Position numbers and translations under genes: made by a program
Assembly: GCA_051294905.1 (NCBI GenBank)
Contig: CM119372.1
Location: 34,970,001-35,034,000, forward strand
Origin: Botryllus schlosseri
Lineage: Eukaryota
DNA: 64,000 nt
Direction: 5' to 3'
The notes under the pieces: generated by a model
The model's input: only the letters and a program-made list of their open reading frames with translations
Told to the model about the DNA's origin: nothing
Database searches by the model: none
Shown here: positions 52,111 to 64,000 of the stretch, piece by piece
Layout of the letters: each line of letters begins with the position of its first letter
Numbering within the stretch: position 1 is the stretch's first letter

Positions 52111-53641
52111 GTATGTCGAACTTCGTATGGTGTTGAATATGTATGAAGTAGATTGATCACGTGATTTATCCTTAATGTTTATATTCCGAATTATTATATA
52201 TGACCGATTCGATTTAATCCTAACGTTTACGGTGATTGTGACATAATCTATCGTTATTCTTATGGGCGCGGCGGTGATTCGTACTTTCGGGTATAGGCTG
52301 CGGGCGGTATGTCATACTTTCAACAAAAATAGTGTGAAATAGTTTGCTAAATCTAGGAATCAGTCGCTTGGTGATATTTTGGTAATTAGTTTGCCACAGA
52401 GCCGGCGTAGACGGCGATTCGAATATCAACAATAACCACGCTCACAAAGTAACACTTCAAATAGGTGTGAAATATATTACAAACCCCGCGATCGCCGACA
52501 TGATAATGTCTCATACGTAGCCATCTTTCGTGACTTGGTGTTACAGGCATGCAGATCGCTCAGGCGGTGAAATTTTAGTAATCAGTTTGTCACAGAACTT
52601 GATTTCGCTGGTAAGATTTAATAAGTAACGAATAACAGAACCGTCGCAGACAGTGATTCGAATACCGACAAATTCTCACTTATTTCTGCTCTAACCCTAA
52701 TCCTTTGCGAAGTTAACTCTTATTCAAAAAGGTGTGAAATAATTTTTAAATCCTACGACCTCTCACATGGCAATGCTTCAGACATAGCGATCCCTCATGA
52801 TTTGGTGTTACAGACATACCGATCGCTCACAAGGTAATATTTCGATAATTAGTTTGGAACAGAGCCGTCGCAGACGGTGATTCAAAAACCAACAATTTGA
52901 CACATTCTGGTGGTCGCTATATGTTTTCACATCCTTGGAATAGTGGTCGAATTTAGTTGTGTGATAAGAATCATGAGAATATTCAATCAATGTGTTAATT
53001 TGTCAACTTGAAATGAAATTTACTACACAACTCAAGTTGATTCGTATCTTAATATGTTAATTCGGTAAAACTCTAATCATTTGAGAAATCCTTTTAACGC
53101 GATCTGTTGAATCGAACGTAACCTGAATATTACTGACGCCGACTTTCAGCCGCATCGGATTATTCACACATTCCGCGCCGCTGTTTTCACACCTATAGAA
53201 TCAATACCAACTAAGGGTGGAGGCCAATAAGCTGAGTAAAAACATCCTGGATTTTCGCTTAATCAGCGAGTTCCAAGATCTCCCGATTTAGAAGTAGATG
53301 ATCCGCACGCCAAAACATTGGATGTTCGTGCGAAGTTAGTTGATCTACAAATCCAGGATGTAGGACGCTTTTGCGTCAAAATGACGCAAATTGTAGTGAT
53401 CCGTGGAAGGTTGCCATGTCAACCCATCGACTTCGTAGTAAATATTGCTTTGGCAATGCTGATTGGAAATGTCGTCGATTTTGGTCGTGTCCTATGAATG
53501 CCGTCGTTTCCTAGGTGGACTCATGAAATTGACTTGAAGCCACTTTGCAGCTTTAATGCATATTACTCTGTAGTTTATTCACAGTTATAAGTTCTAAAGA
53601 CGGCATTGCAAACTGGTACTGTTGTTATTACTGTCTGTAGT

Positions 53642-54659
53642 ATGGATATTTTGGACATCGTAGATGGCAGTTCCAGTTCGGATGACGAGAATACAATTAT
53701 TGTGCCCAGGCATTACTTGGCAGACATATCGGACTCATTTGTAAAATAACCGGAAAAAGAATTCGTTGACCGCTACAGATTTTCCAAGGGAGCTACGGTA
53801 ATTCTATTGGACATGATTGAAGACAGCCCATGGTTGGATGTACGGTGCCAAGCTTTGCACCCCATGATGCAATTACTCTGTGCTCTCCGATTTTTTGCTA
53901 CGTTCATTTTTAACAAACAGATGCTGACTTGATTGGTGTAAGCCGGATAACTGCACGCCGAATCATCCACTGCATTTCTCGGGTATTATCAGAGAACAGA
54001 GAAAATTTATCCCACAATTGGATGATTCGTTACAAACAAAGAGTGATTTCTTTGACATAGGTGGAGTTCCAAATGTCATCGGTTGCATTGATGGTACCCA
54101 TATCCTAATAAAGTCCCCAGGTGGCTCTGTACCAGAAAAGTTTATCGTTGCAGGAAAGGATATTTTTCTTTGAACTGTCAAATGGAGTACAATGCCAAGA
54201 GAATACCGGTAGTGACTAATGCTGTTGTGAGATGGCAGGGAGTACTCATGACTCAAGAACTTTTTCAAACTCCAGATTAATATACGAGCTCGGCCAGAAA
54301 AAATACAATGGGATTTTGCTGGGAGACAGAGGCTATATGCTCTAAAAATGTACCTGATGACTCCATTAACAAATCCACAGGCTGCACAAGAAAAAAAATA
54401 CAGCTATATGCAATCAAAGACACGCGTGCTGATCGAGCAATGCTTTGGCATTCTCAAACACTGTTTCCAGATGTTGCTAATTCCTATGCGAATGCAAACC
54501 GAAAACACCACCCCGGCAATCATTGCGACAATATGTTTGCACAATTTTGCTACAAAAACCAATGAGCCAGTTCCTGATATTGCAGTTACTCCCGAGGAAG
54601 CTACGGATATAACATCTGAAGTTGGATACACTGACGCAATAGCCTATCTTGGAAAATAA
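53642..54659 (+). pseudogene. Harbinger (HARBI1-like) DDE transposase, degenerate
   Basis: EFVDRYRFSK, QLLCALRFFAT, VIGCIDGTHI, RKGYFSLNCQ, GSTHDSR, LLGDRGY, YLMTP and TRVLIEQCFGILK across frameshifts. Confidence 0.9.
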
Positions 54660-54991
54660 GATCAACACATATTTCTACTAATTATGTTTATTTTAAAATT
54701 TTAACGAACACAGTAAACCGTGTTGGTGTAAAAATAATAAAGGGAATGAAATGTGCATGACTTCGTGGAATGAAAGATTGAACTACAATTGCACTGTAGA
54801 TAATAAACAAAGAGCAGGTGTCCCATTATTTGTATTCAAATTGACAAATATTCATTGAAAAAATGTACCGAAATATTTGCACCGTCGACAATACCTATAA
54901 GGCGAGGAACACTTGGGCAGGCAGGCACAATGAAATATTATAAAGACGTGTTGCATTTCAAAAAATGTGCACCATCGATAATACCTATAAG

Positions 54992-55188
54992 CAATGTTCC
55001 CTCTAAGCTACTCACGTGCGTAAATGCGCAGCGCTGACATGGTCTCTGCGCACAGAAAATCCCAAGTTGCGCACGAAAAAATTCGAAGTGATGAATTTTT
55101 TTACAGACGTTTACGCACTGTTGTCCAAGAGTCTGCGTAGTGAGTTGCTGAGTGTGCGCAAACTCGTCGAAAATTAGAGGGAACATTG
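54992..55188. mobile_element. Short CAATGTTCCCTCTA MITE nested in the Harbinger
   Basis: TIRs present; TSD CCTATAAG / CCCATAAG (7/8). Confidence 0.85.
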
Positions 55189-55342
55189 CCCATAAGGCTA
55201 GAACCAGTTGGCAGGCAGGCACAATGAAATATTATGAAGAAACGTTGCTTTTCAGAAAATGCGTATTCGGCTATTTACATAACTTGACAGGAAGGCACAA
55301 TGAAATAAGTGAACAAAGAAATATTGCATTACAGATGTCACT

Positions 55343-57280
55343 AATTCCTCAATTGTCCAAGTTGTAATCTATATATTTCCATTTTTATCGCATGTTCTTC
55401 GATACGCATTTCGAATTCTTGCTTTCTGAAATATCTTTCTTCGTCTCTCATGTCTTTTCTTTCTTTGAGCTCCTCAATCTTGGAGACCATCAGTTCAATT
55501 CTCAGCTCATCGTTATTCTGAATTAAAAGAAGTTCATATTAACTCTGCGATGAGGTAGTAACCTATGATTAAACTAAAACTTGTATTAGGAAGCCAATCA
55601 CAGAGAAATCTTGGAAATTCTTCTTGCCTTGTTGGCTGATATTTTTTCCTCTAATGGTTGATATCAATACTCGGTCAGTCTCTAGTCATTAAAAACTTGT
55701 ATTCTGCAACCAGCTGATCACAAAGTGCAGAATTGGTAGTTGTCATTGTATTGTATTTGTATACTAGAGCCCGACTGATATTGTAGTTTTGGGCCGATAC
55801 CGACAAAACCAATATCTAACTCCTTCACCGATAACCACTATAGCCTATATTCAAATTGTGTGGAATAGCTTAAAATGCGCATTTGAAAAACTTCAGGGCA
55901 TCTATTTGAACAGCTTTACAGCCAATGCTATACTTGGAAATAAACCAGAAAGGCTGCATCAGGACACCTGTAAAGTGTAATATATGTGAAATATATCAAT
56001 ATTCTCAGTCTAGTGGTCAAAGATTATAGTTTATGGATTTCCTATCACCATGCTGTGACCTCACGAAAACTGCCCATATATATTCATTTCCAATTGCCGA
56101 TACCAATAATTCTTTTAAAGAGTGATATCGAGTCTATATTATCGGCAAACCGATATAATCGGTCAGGCTGCATTGTATACCATCTTATATCAATTGTTAC
56201 AGGATTGTAACTATGTGCATTGCACTGGTAATCAGCAATCTTTCGAACAGTCAAACACCATTTCCAACTCTGTCGTTCGCAGATACACTTCACTAGAAAA
56301 CTAAGTACAAAGTGGGAAATTTTTACATAACAATGGTTGAGGCAGTGGAGCAAAAGTTTGCCAAACTCTCCGAAACTGCGAGATTGTATATTTTAAAATA
56401 TCAACTCGACTTGAAATTCAAATGTGTATAAGCAACATACCAGGTGGCAGATCACTCATCTTTGTCACGCATGTTGACTGCGATTCCATGTAGCTTGTTT
56501 CTGAAAAAAATGTGAATGTTTCAGAAGGATTTGAGGCTATACGTATGTTTACACATGCACAATGCACAATTGCACATGCATATTTGCTAGTGATGGTGGA
56601 AAATACTGAAACTGATCATTTGACGAGTAGCAAAAAATCTCAATATAAAATCGCTGAATGCATGACAAGAACGTTTGATATCGTGAATGCATTCCCTTCA
56701 ATACACCACCGGGCAAGAATTCGATATAATATACATCTACACTCGTACAATTGATATGTTAGCAAAAAGTAGTGATGAAAATAACGAGAAGAGTTGCCTC
56801 TGACACGAACCAATCATCATCATGGGGAACACTTCTCGATGTGGTCAATGTATCGATCAAGTTCTCATTACTCTCTCGCAATATAACTTACATATGATTG
56901 ATTTTCTACAGTAACTACAGACAATACGGTGGAATCACTTTGTGTTGTTCAAGTGGCTGAACCTGTGCTGGTATGACAGCTATAACCAATAATTTACTCA
57001 AATGCGCCATATTATGGATATAATTAATGTCTACAAAGTTACCTTGAAATAAATAGCACCGTCACCGGGTCAGATACCATATCTTAAGTCACTCTTCCAA
57101 TGAAATGTTCTGAAAGACTTGTCATTTTCAGTTTTGTCACTTTTTCTTGTTTTGAAACAACCTTCAATTGCTGTTCTGTTCCTTTGCCATGTTTGGTGAT
57201 GTAGCATTTCACGGCTTGGTTGATTGTTTGCAATGCAAGAGAACGGCTAAACTCATTTATTACATAGTTTGTATGCAATT
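55343..57280 (-). pseudogene. Probable second Harbinger gene (Myb/SANT-like), degenerate and spliced
   Basis: Minus strand has a charged coiled-coil C-terminus (RDEERYFRKQEFEMRIEEHAIKMEIYRLQL, ~55343-55520) and GTEQQLK near 57170; convergent two-gene layout is typical of Harbingers. Confidence 0.45.
55765..56172. mobile_element. hAT MITE with CCGATA repeats nested in the Harbinger
   Basis: TAGAGCCCGACTGATAT...ATCGGTCAGGCTGCA; TSD TTGTATAC (55757-55764, 56173-56180). Confidence 0.8.
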
Positions 57281-60200
57281 ATCATAAATATTCTGTAATA
57301 ATATGATCATCAGTCAATAAGGAGAAGGACAATTGAGTACCGGTAACAAAATATCGCCAACATGCAATCTTCACTATCTTTATAACGAACCTCAGATAAT
57401 CAATTTCAATCTACAATGTCCTAACTATTACAAACCTCGTCAAATTTATATGCTTGTGTACCCTAATCCAGACTTTAATCCTGGTGGCGACCAGGATCAA
57501 GAAGCAGCAGTCTATACTCAGTCGATTATGGCAGAATCTTACTAATCTACCTTTCTGGTCCGCAGAAAATCCGGCAACGTGCAAAATCCCCAGATCTTTT
57601 ATTTGATCTATATTTTTGGCCTCCACCCTAACTCTAAAAGAATCAAGAATCACAAGTACGCACATTATACAGTATTGTATTTATCAACTTGAAATCAAGC
57701 TCTTAACAAAACCACGCATCTTATCACTTGCCAACGCTATCATGAAAAGCCTCGAATCCATAGTTATAAGAATGTTATAGTACGACGTCGTAATCCACTT
57801 GCGAGATGTTCTATAGGTAAATTCAGATCACCCAAAATGAAATATTTTGAGTTTGGTGTAGTGTGAATTGAAATAGGATTGACAAACATGACTGCCATCT
57901 TTTCCCAGTCCCATTTCGATGTTATACGCATATTGATTTGAAACAAGTAATGAAACATTACAACTCTACTCACGATCCGGCTTTCTGTTTGTCAAAGAGA
58001 CATTTTAACATCTTACCATACTCAAAAGAATTATTCACAACATTAACAAGTGTTTAAAATCTAGTTTTCACTTACTTGACTATATCACTACAACTCGCAA
58101 ACTTGAATTAATTCATCCTGATTGTATTCATATGACCGATAATTTTTATTCAACTGTAAAAGTCGTTACTAATCTATAACACAAAGTAATCAGTACTCGG
58201 TGCATACGACGAGATTTGAATACTAAGCCTATGATAGCAATTCGCGCAAGTGAATCTAAGACATCGGGCAGTGAGAAAATCTACACGGGGATGGTTATTA
58301 CCACATTGACTTACTACCTTATCCGACTTACTCATAGTAAAGTAGACACGATTTCGGTAATATACACAATCATTACAACTTTAAACTATATTAATCATTC
58401 TCGGTCGTATTCACATATCACAGACCTGTGTTTTTTATTCCTTCAGTAAAATGTAGTCGTATTAATTTGATGATAACGTGCACACGCAAGAAACAATACC
58501 GCGATTTTATAATTGATCACCTGACTTAAGGTACCAAAAAACATTACCGAGATTTTTATAAACTGGCCATATTACTCAACACATCTATCAATATCAGAGC
58601 ACAAGTCCAACACCAAAACAAAAGTACTTTTTAGTGTATTAAAAAACAAATCATTCGTCTTCAATTCGTGTTTTTTAGGATTTGTATTCAGAAATTTATT
58701 ACGAATGAGTTGTAACGAACTGACGAAAGAGTTGTAAAGCAAGCATTTTAGAAACAGCAGCATCATCATCATCATCTCGATTCGTGAATCTACCAAACAC
58801 AATCACGATCGATGTATTCAAATATATCACAGACGTATTACACTCTAGTAGAGTTGTCAACCTAAAAGTACACGCACACTCGATCCTCATTTTAACTGTG
58901 GGAGCGAAGTTTAGGAATCGCTTGCAATGACATATCCAACAACCCACACAAAACCTATTGTCGGAATCTGCGACATCGAATTGAAACATACGCACATTAC
59001 GCATTATGAAAATATCACTTTGGATATCGTAGTACCATTTTAAGTGTGGTAAGCTCTGTTTACACTCTCTATCGAACGTGTGAAATGTAAAACATTACGA
59101 GGTCACACTCTAAGACTTTGATCATCAAAAAGTGAATAGAAGTATCTTTACGGGATTGATTCTATTCAACCGGTCTTGGTTAATACAAAACTCATAACAA
59201 TAATAAACTCAAGTATGTGCTACACTGAAATCTAGAAAAACATGTTTGTATTGCTGTTCATAGTAGTGATATCGATTTGAACCTCTAGATAAATTGTCAT
59301 CATCTAACCAAACTAATGAAAATCGTCGTCAATTTGTATGATGTTCACTGAATGCATACTAGAACTATTTGTGCAACGCATACGATCAGAGAAATTGGAA
59401 GTTTTTCCATCGTCATTCGTCAAAGTAAATGTCGTCACAATACTCAGTCACTGAAAGACCATATACTTGTATGTGATTGAATCAGTGGTAATTACCTAGC
59501 TAAATCAAACCCCTAATAAATTTCACTCACTCATTGGATATTAAACAGCGTCGCCTAATCGGTGTGGATCGTTTTTCTAAATACAAATCATATCTGTTTA
59601 GCAGAAAACAATTTTCACTTACTCGGGTAATGAAACCAGTGTGCAATATCAATAAAAGATATTTTCCTCACACAAAAAACAATCAACTTCACTCAATATT
59701 CTCATAAAACGAAACTGTACAATGGCTTCATGTTTTTTGTATGACATGGAATTAATACCGATCGAAGTAACCGTATTGGAAATGACTTTCATACAAACAC
59801 ACTCTACAAGGTTAACATTCTCATCAATTCTATTGTGAACAATATATACTTCATGTGTTCTGGATTCATTTCGATATGGTTAAACATTCAACCTCGAAAG
59901 ATACGAATTGTCACACACTCAACTAATATCATACCAAATAGTTATTTACAACAACCAAGACACAGAAAATTTGTTTTGGCCGTTTCGATTTTTTTACTGG
60001 AGGTACTCATCACTTCGCTTAATACAATCTAGATTTAAACTCCATCGAACGTTTGGTGTCTATCGTTTTGCTGGATACGAATTATGTGAGTCTAACAGTA
60101 AACAATTTTTACTATCTTGGGTTATCAACTCAGTGTGTTAGCGGTCATTCAATATTTTTTAGTATCAGCTAGTTACTTTGTAGGATGCGAATGATCATCC

Positions 60201-63200
60201 TCACAACTCTTACAAAAGTACGAAGGATATTTACATCACACAAAGTAATCAACTTTACTCGATATCCTCACACTACGAAACTAAATGGTTGGTTAGACTC
60301 TACAAACTGTTTTTGATGTCACAAGAACTTTTTTACACGAATGGTCTCGCATCTAAATATTCAAATAATCCAACACACAACCATAGTACTTACAGAAATA
60401 TCATAGGCCTTGTAACAAAGTTGTATAAGTTGAATGTTTATCATAAGTCTTACACATTCATGATATCTGTCGAGTTCGACTTTTAGAAAATATTATATTG
60501 ATATCGATACATCTTTCAAAAACAAAAACTATGTTCACTGCTTGAGAGACCTATCAATGTCATCACAGTAATCTAGTTACGTCCACAAAAGAGTACATAT
60601 GTTTTCTAGTCACGGTCCTTACATCTTTCACACAAAACAATTTACTTGACTAACGAGAAGTGACGAGTTATCGAATGATTTTCCTTACACCAAAACAACT
60701 AGAAGGTGTAACCACATTAAAAACGTCGTTAACCTTTGTGTACCAGCTGTAAATCCCACAAGCAACAAGTTTCAAGAATCCAGTTATTAAAAAAAACGTT
60801 AAAGTGTTTCTCCTGCGCCAAGTCGTTATGTTGACGAAATCGTATATTGTAATATCATGATCGATTTGCATTCGTTGGTCACGAACTGTCACTACTCTAA
60901 ATAATTCTTTTTCACTCAAACACAAAAGTATACTTGTCACCATTCGTTTTCATCGAGCACGAGTTCAAGAAACTTACTTACTACGACATGAATTGTTATT
61001 TTTATGTTGTGTAAATAGGTAATAATTAATTTTAGTAACACTATATCAACGTCATCGAGTTGTGTGTATAGATGTACATGTGGTCTTGTGGTTCTAATCG
61101 AAGCATACAGCAGGGTCGAATGTGGAGTCTTCTCTATTGTACAGCAACTCGGTAATCGAAATGCATGCATTAACATTTGAACAACGATCTTGTTTCGTCA
61201 CGCGAAAAATATCTTCACTGTCGCGACACTCTGATACTCTGCACAAGATGTGTAAATCCTTTTCACACTCATAATAGTACACTAACGGGATACCGACATC
61301 AGGCGACAACGTTTAACAACATCACTGACACTGAACATACGATACAAGCGCAAAGTAGGCGTGGATGGTGCATTGGAATAAAAAACACAGGTCTGTGATA
61401 TGTGAATACGACCGAGAATGATTAATATAGTTTAAAGTTGTAATGATTGTGTATATTACCGAAATCGTGTCTACTTTGTGGTAATGTGGTAATAACAACC
61501 CCCGTGATGATTTTCTCACAGCCCGATGTCTTGGATTCACTTGCGCGAATTACTATCATAGGCTGAGTATTCAATTCTCGTCGTATGCACCGAGTAGCGA
61601 TTACTTTGTGTTATAGATTAGTAACGACTTTTACAGTTGAATAAAAATTATCGGTCATATGAATACAATCAGGATGAATTAATTCAAGTTTGCGAGTTGT
61701 AGTGATATAATCAAGTAAGTGAAAACTAGATTTTAAACACTTGTTAATGTTGTGAATAATTCTTTTGAGTATGGTAAGATGTTAAAATGTCTCTTTGACA
61801 AACAGAAAGCCGGATCGCGAATAGAGTTGTAATGTTTCATTACTTGTTTCAAATCAATATGCGTATAACATCGAAATGGGACTGGGGAAAGATGGTAGTC
61901 ATGTTTGTCAATCCTATTTCAATTCACAATACACCAAAGTCAAAATATTTCATTTTGGGTGATCTCAATTTACTTATAGAACATCTCGCAAGTGGATTAC
62001 GACGTCGTACTATAACCTTCTTAATAATATGGATTCGACGCTTTTCATGATAGCGTTGGCAAGTGATAAGATGCGTGGTTTTGTTGAGAGTTTGATTTCA
62101 AGTTGATAAATACAATACTGTATAATGTGCGTACTTGTGATTCTTGATTCTTTTAGGGTTAGTTGGTATTGATTCTATAGGTGTGAAAACAGCGGCGCGG
62201 AATGTGTGAACAATCCGATGCGGCTGAAAGTCGGCGTCAGTAATATTCAGGTTACGTTCGATTCAACAGATCGCGTTAAAAGGATTTCTCAAATGATTAG
62301 AGTTTTACCGAATTAACACATTAAGATACGAATCAAATTGAGTTGTGTAGTAAATTTCATTTCAAGTTGACAAATTAACACATTGATTGAATATTCTCAT
62401 GATTCTTATCACTTAACTAAAGTCGACCACTATTCCAAGGATATGAAAACATATAGCGACCACCAGAATGTGTCAAATTGTTGGTTTTTGAATCACCGTC
62501 TGCGACGGCTCCGTTCCAAACTAATTACCGAAATATTACCTTGTGAGCGATCGGTATGTCTGTAACACCAAATCATGAGGGATCGCTATGTCTGAAGCAT
62601 TACCATGTGAGAGGTCGTAGGATTTTAAAATTATTTCACACCTTTTTGAATAAGAGTTGACTTCGCAAAGGATTAGGGTTAGAGCAGAAATAAGTGAGAA
62701 TTTGTCGGTATTCGAATCACCGTCTGCGACGGTTCTGTTATTGGTTACTTTTCAAATCTTACCAGCGAAATCAAGTTCCGTGACAAACTGATTAGTAAAA
62801 TTTCACCGCCTGAGCGATCGGCATGCCTGTAACACCAAGTCACGAAAGATGGCTACGTATGTGACATTATCATGTCGGCGATCGCGGGGTTTGTAATATA
62901 TTTCACACCTATTTGAAGTGTTACTTTGTGAGCGTGGTTATTGTTGATATTCGAATCGCCGTCTACGCCGGCTCTGTGGCAAACTAATTACCAAAATATT
63001 ACCAAGCGACTGATTCCTAGATTTAGCAAACTATTTCACACCCTTTTTGTTGAAATTATGACATACCCCCCGCAGCCTATACCCGAAAGTACGAATCACC
63101 GCCGCGCCCATAAGAATAACGATATATTATGTCACAATCACCGTAAACGTTAGGATTAACTCGAATCGGTCATATATATTAATTTGGAATATACACATTA

Positions 63201-64000
63201 AGGATCAATCACGTGATCAATCTACTTGATACATATTCAACACCATACGAAGTTCGACATACCAACAACGAAGCCGCGTGGGAGCGGGTGCTATACCTGA
63301 AAGGGTTACCATGCGACCTCAAGACACAATAGCCGCATGCGAGCGATAGGGGGTCGAAAAAGGTGGTCCTTCGAACACGGGTTTTCGAAGCCACGTGCAA
63401 GCGATTCCTATACCGAAAAGGGTTACCGTGCGAGAGGGCCCATAAGACGCAATAGCCGCGTGCGAGTGATAGGGGGGTCAAAAGGGTTACCGTGCGAACA
63501 CGAGTTTTCGAAGCCGCGTGCGAGCGGGCCCATAAGAACCCCTGCCACACCACGAGCGATTATAATAACTACTTACGTTTATGCGTTTCACTATCTTTTG
63601 ACTATATAGCGGACAAGAGGTAACAAATTAACAACATGTAACGAATTTATTGTACCGACGGGCACGCCCGAATATGTTTGATTAATAATTACGCGGCCTT
63701 CATTTTCATATACAACAGCTCCCTCAGCGCTACTGGTAAATCTGATTACGTGAGTTGAGAGGATAAAAAGTTTATAGCGTCGTATATATGCAAATACCAG
63801 CGATTCATTCATGCATTATAGAAAATGTTGGCGCCTAGGGCGACCAGGTCACACAAACTTTGCTCACAATCGATATCACGGTCAGCGTTCTTGAGGGCGA
63901 AGCCCTCAGAAGTTTGATTTATCACGCTATCGGTGCGCAAGACAATCGTACTTCAGGGGGGCTGACGAAGTGCTATTACGGTCCTCCCTCTTACCCATTG

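Larger units (their letters stand above)
53215..57628. mobile_element. PIF/Harbinger transposon inserted in left TIR of element B
   Basis: TIRs GGGTGGAGGCCAA / TTGGCCTCCACCC; TSD TAA (53212-53214, 57629-57631); empty TTA site at 62159-62161 in the right TIR. Confidence 0.95.
51806..63573. mobile_element. Giant-TIR element B with Maverick/Polinton-like ends, non-autonomous
   Basis: Left TIR 51806-58441 (interrupted by a Harbinger) pairs with right TIR 61375-63573 (~2.2 kb); termini AGTAGTTATTATAAT / ATTATAATAACTACT; flanks TGCGTT / TACGTT (5/6); both flanks belong to one interrupted hAT copy. No polymerase or integrase ORF seen. Confidence 0.8.
39638..64000 (+). mobile_element. Older copy of the 40654-42532 family, split by nested insertions and running past the window end
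   Basis: 39638-39853 matches 40654-40852; 51742-51795 matches ~40987-41045; 63590-64000 matches ~41115-41200 and ~42060-42422, all in the same order and orientation. Confidence 0.65.

Noticed and set aside
58442..61374. Intact Maverick genes (pPolB, integrase, ATPase, capsid) in the core of B
   Set aside because: No ORF longer than about 100 aa and no motif I could recognise; the Maverick link rests only on end structure.
51791..63609. Pairs of near-identical short ORFs (e.g. 52220/62941, 52808/62383, 57764/61832) as conserved genes
   Set aside because: The duplication is explained by the TIRs; most use non-ATG starts and show no recognisable domain.

Overview
AT-rich eukaryotic (invertebrate, plausibly tunicate-like) DNA made almost entirely of nested transposable elements. 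One host gene is visible: a spliced NACHT-LRR (NLR) gene on + (exons 35322-36755, 38080-38396, 38664-38768/38792, plus a candidate upstream exon at 23896-24042). The main unexplained structure is two related giant inverted-repeat elements. Element B (51806-63573) has ~2.2-kb TIRs, AGTAG...CTACT termini and a near-perfect 6-bp flanking duplication (a Maverick/Polinton-like end signature), but only a decayed ~2.9-kb core. Element A (<1 to ~17410) is an almost complete palindrome around a 374-bp spacer. Its arms are co-linear with B's TIR plus core, as expected for a snap-back derivative. Other content: a Mag-type Ty3/gypsy element with identical LTRs and two nested MITEs; a Harbinger and a hATm element with decayed transposases; R4-like and L2-group LINE fragments; a tRNA-derived SINE; two P/Galileo-like foldback MITEs; and many hAT MITEs with readable 8-bp TSDs, including a nest spanning 39638 to beyond the window end. 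All alignments were made by eye; no database search was run.
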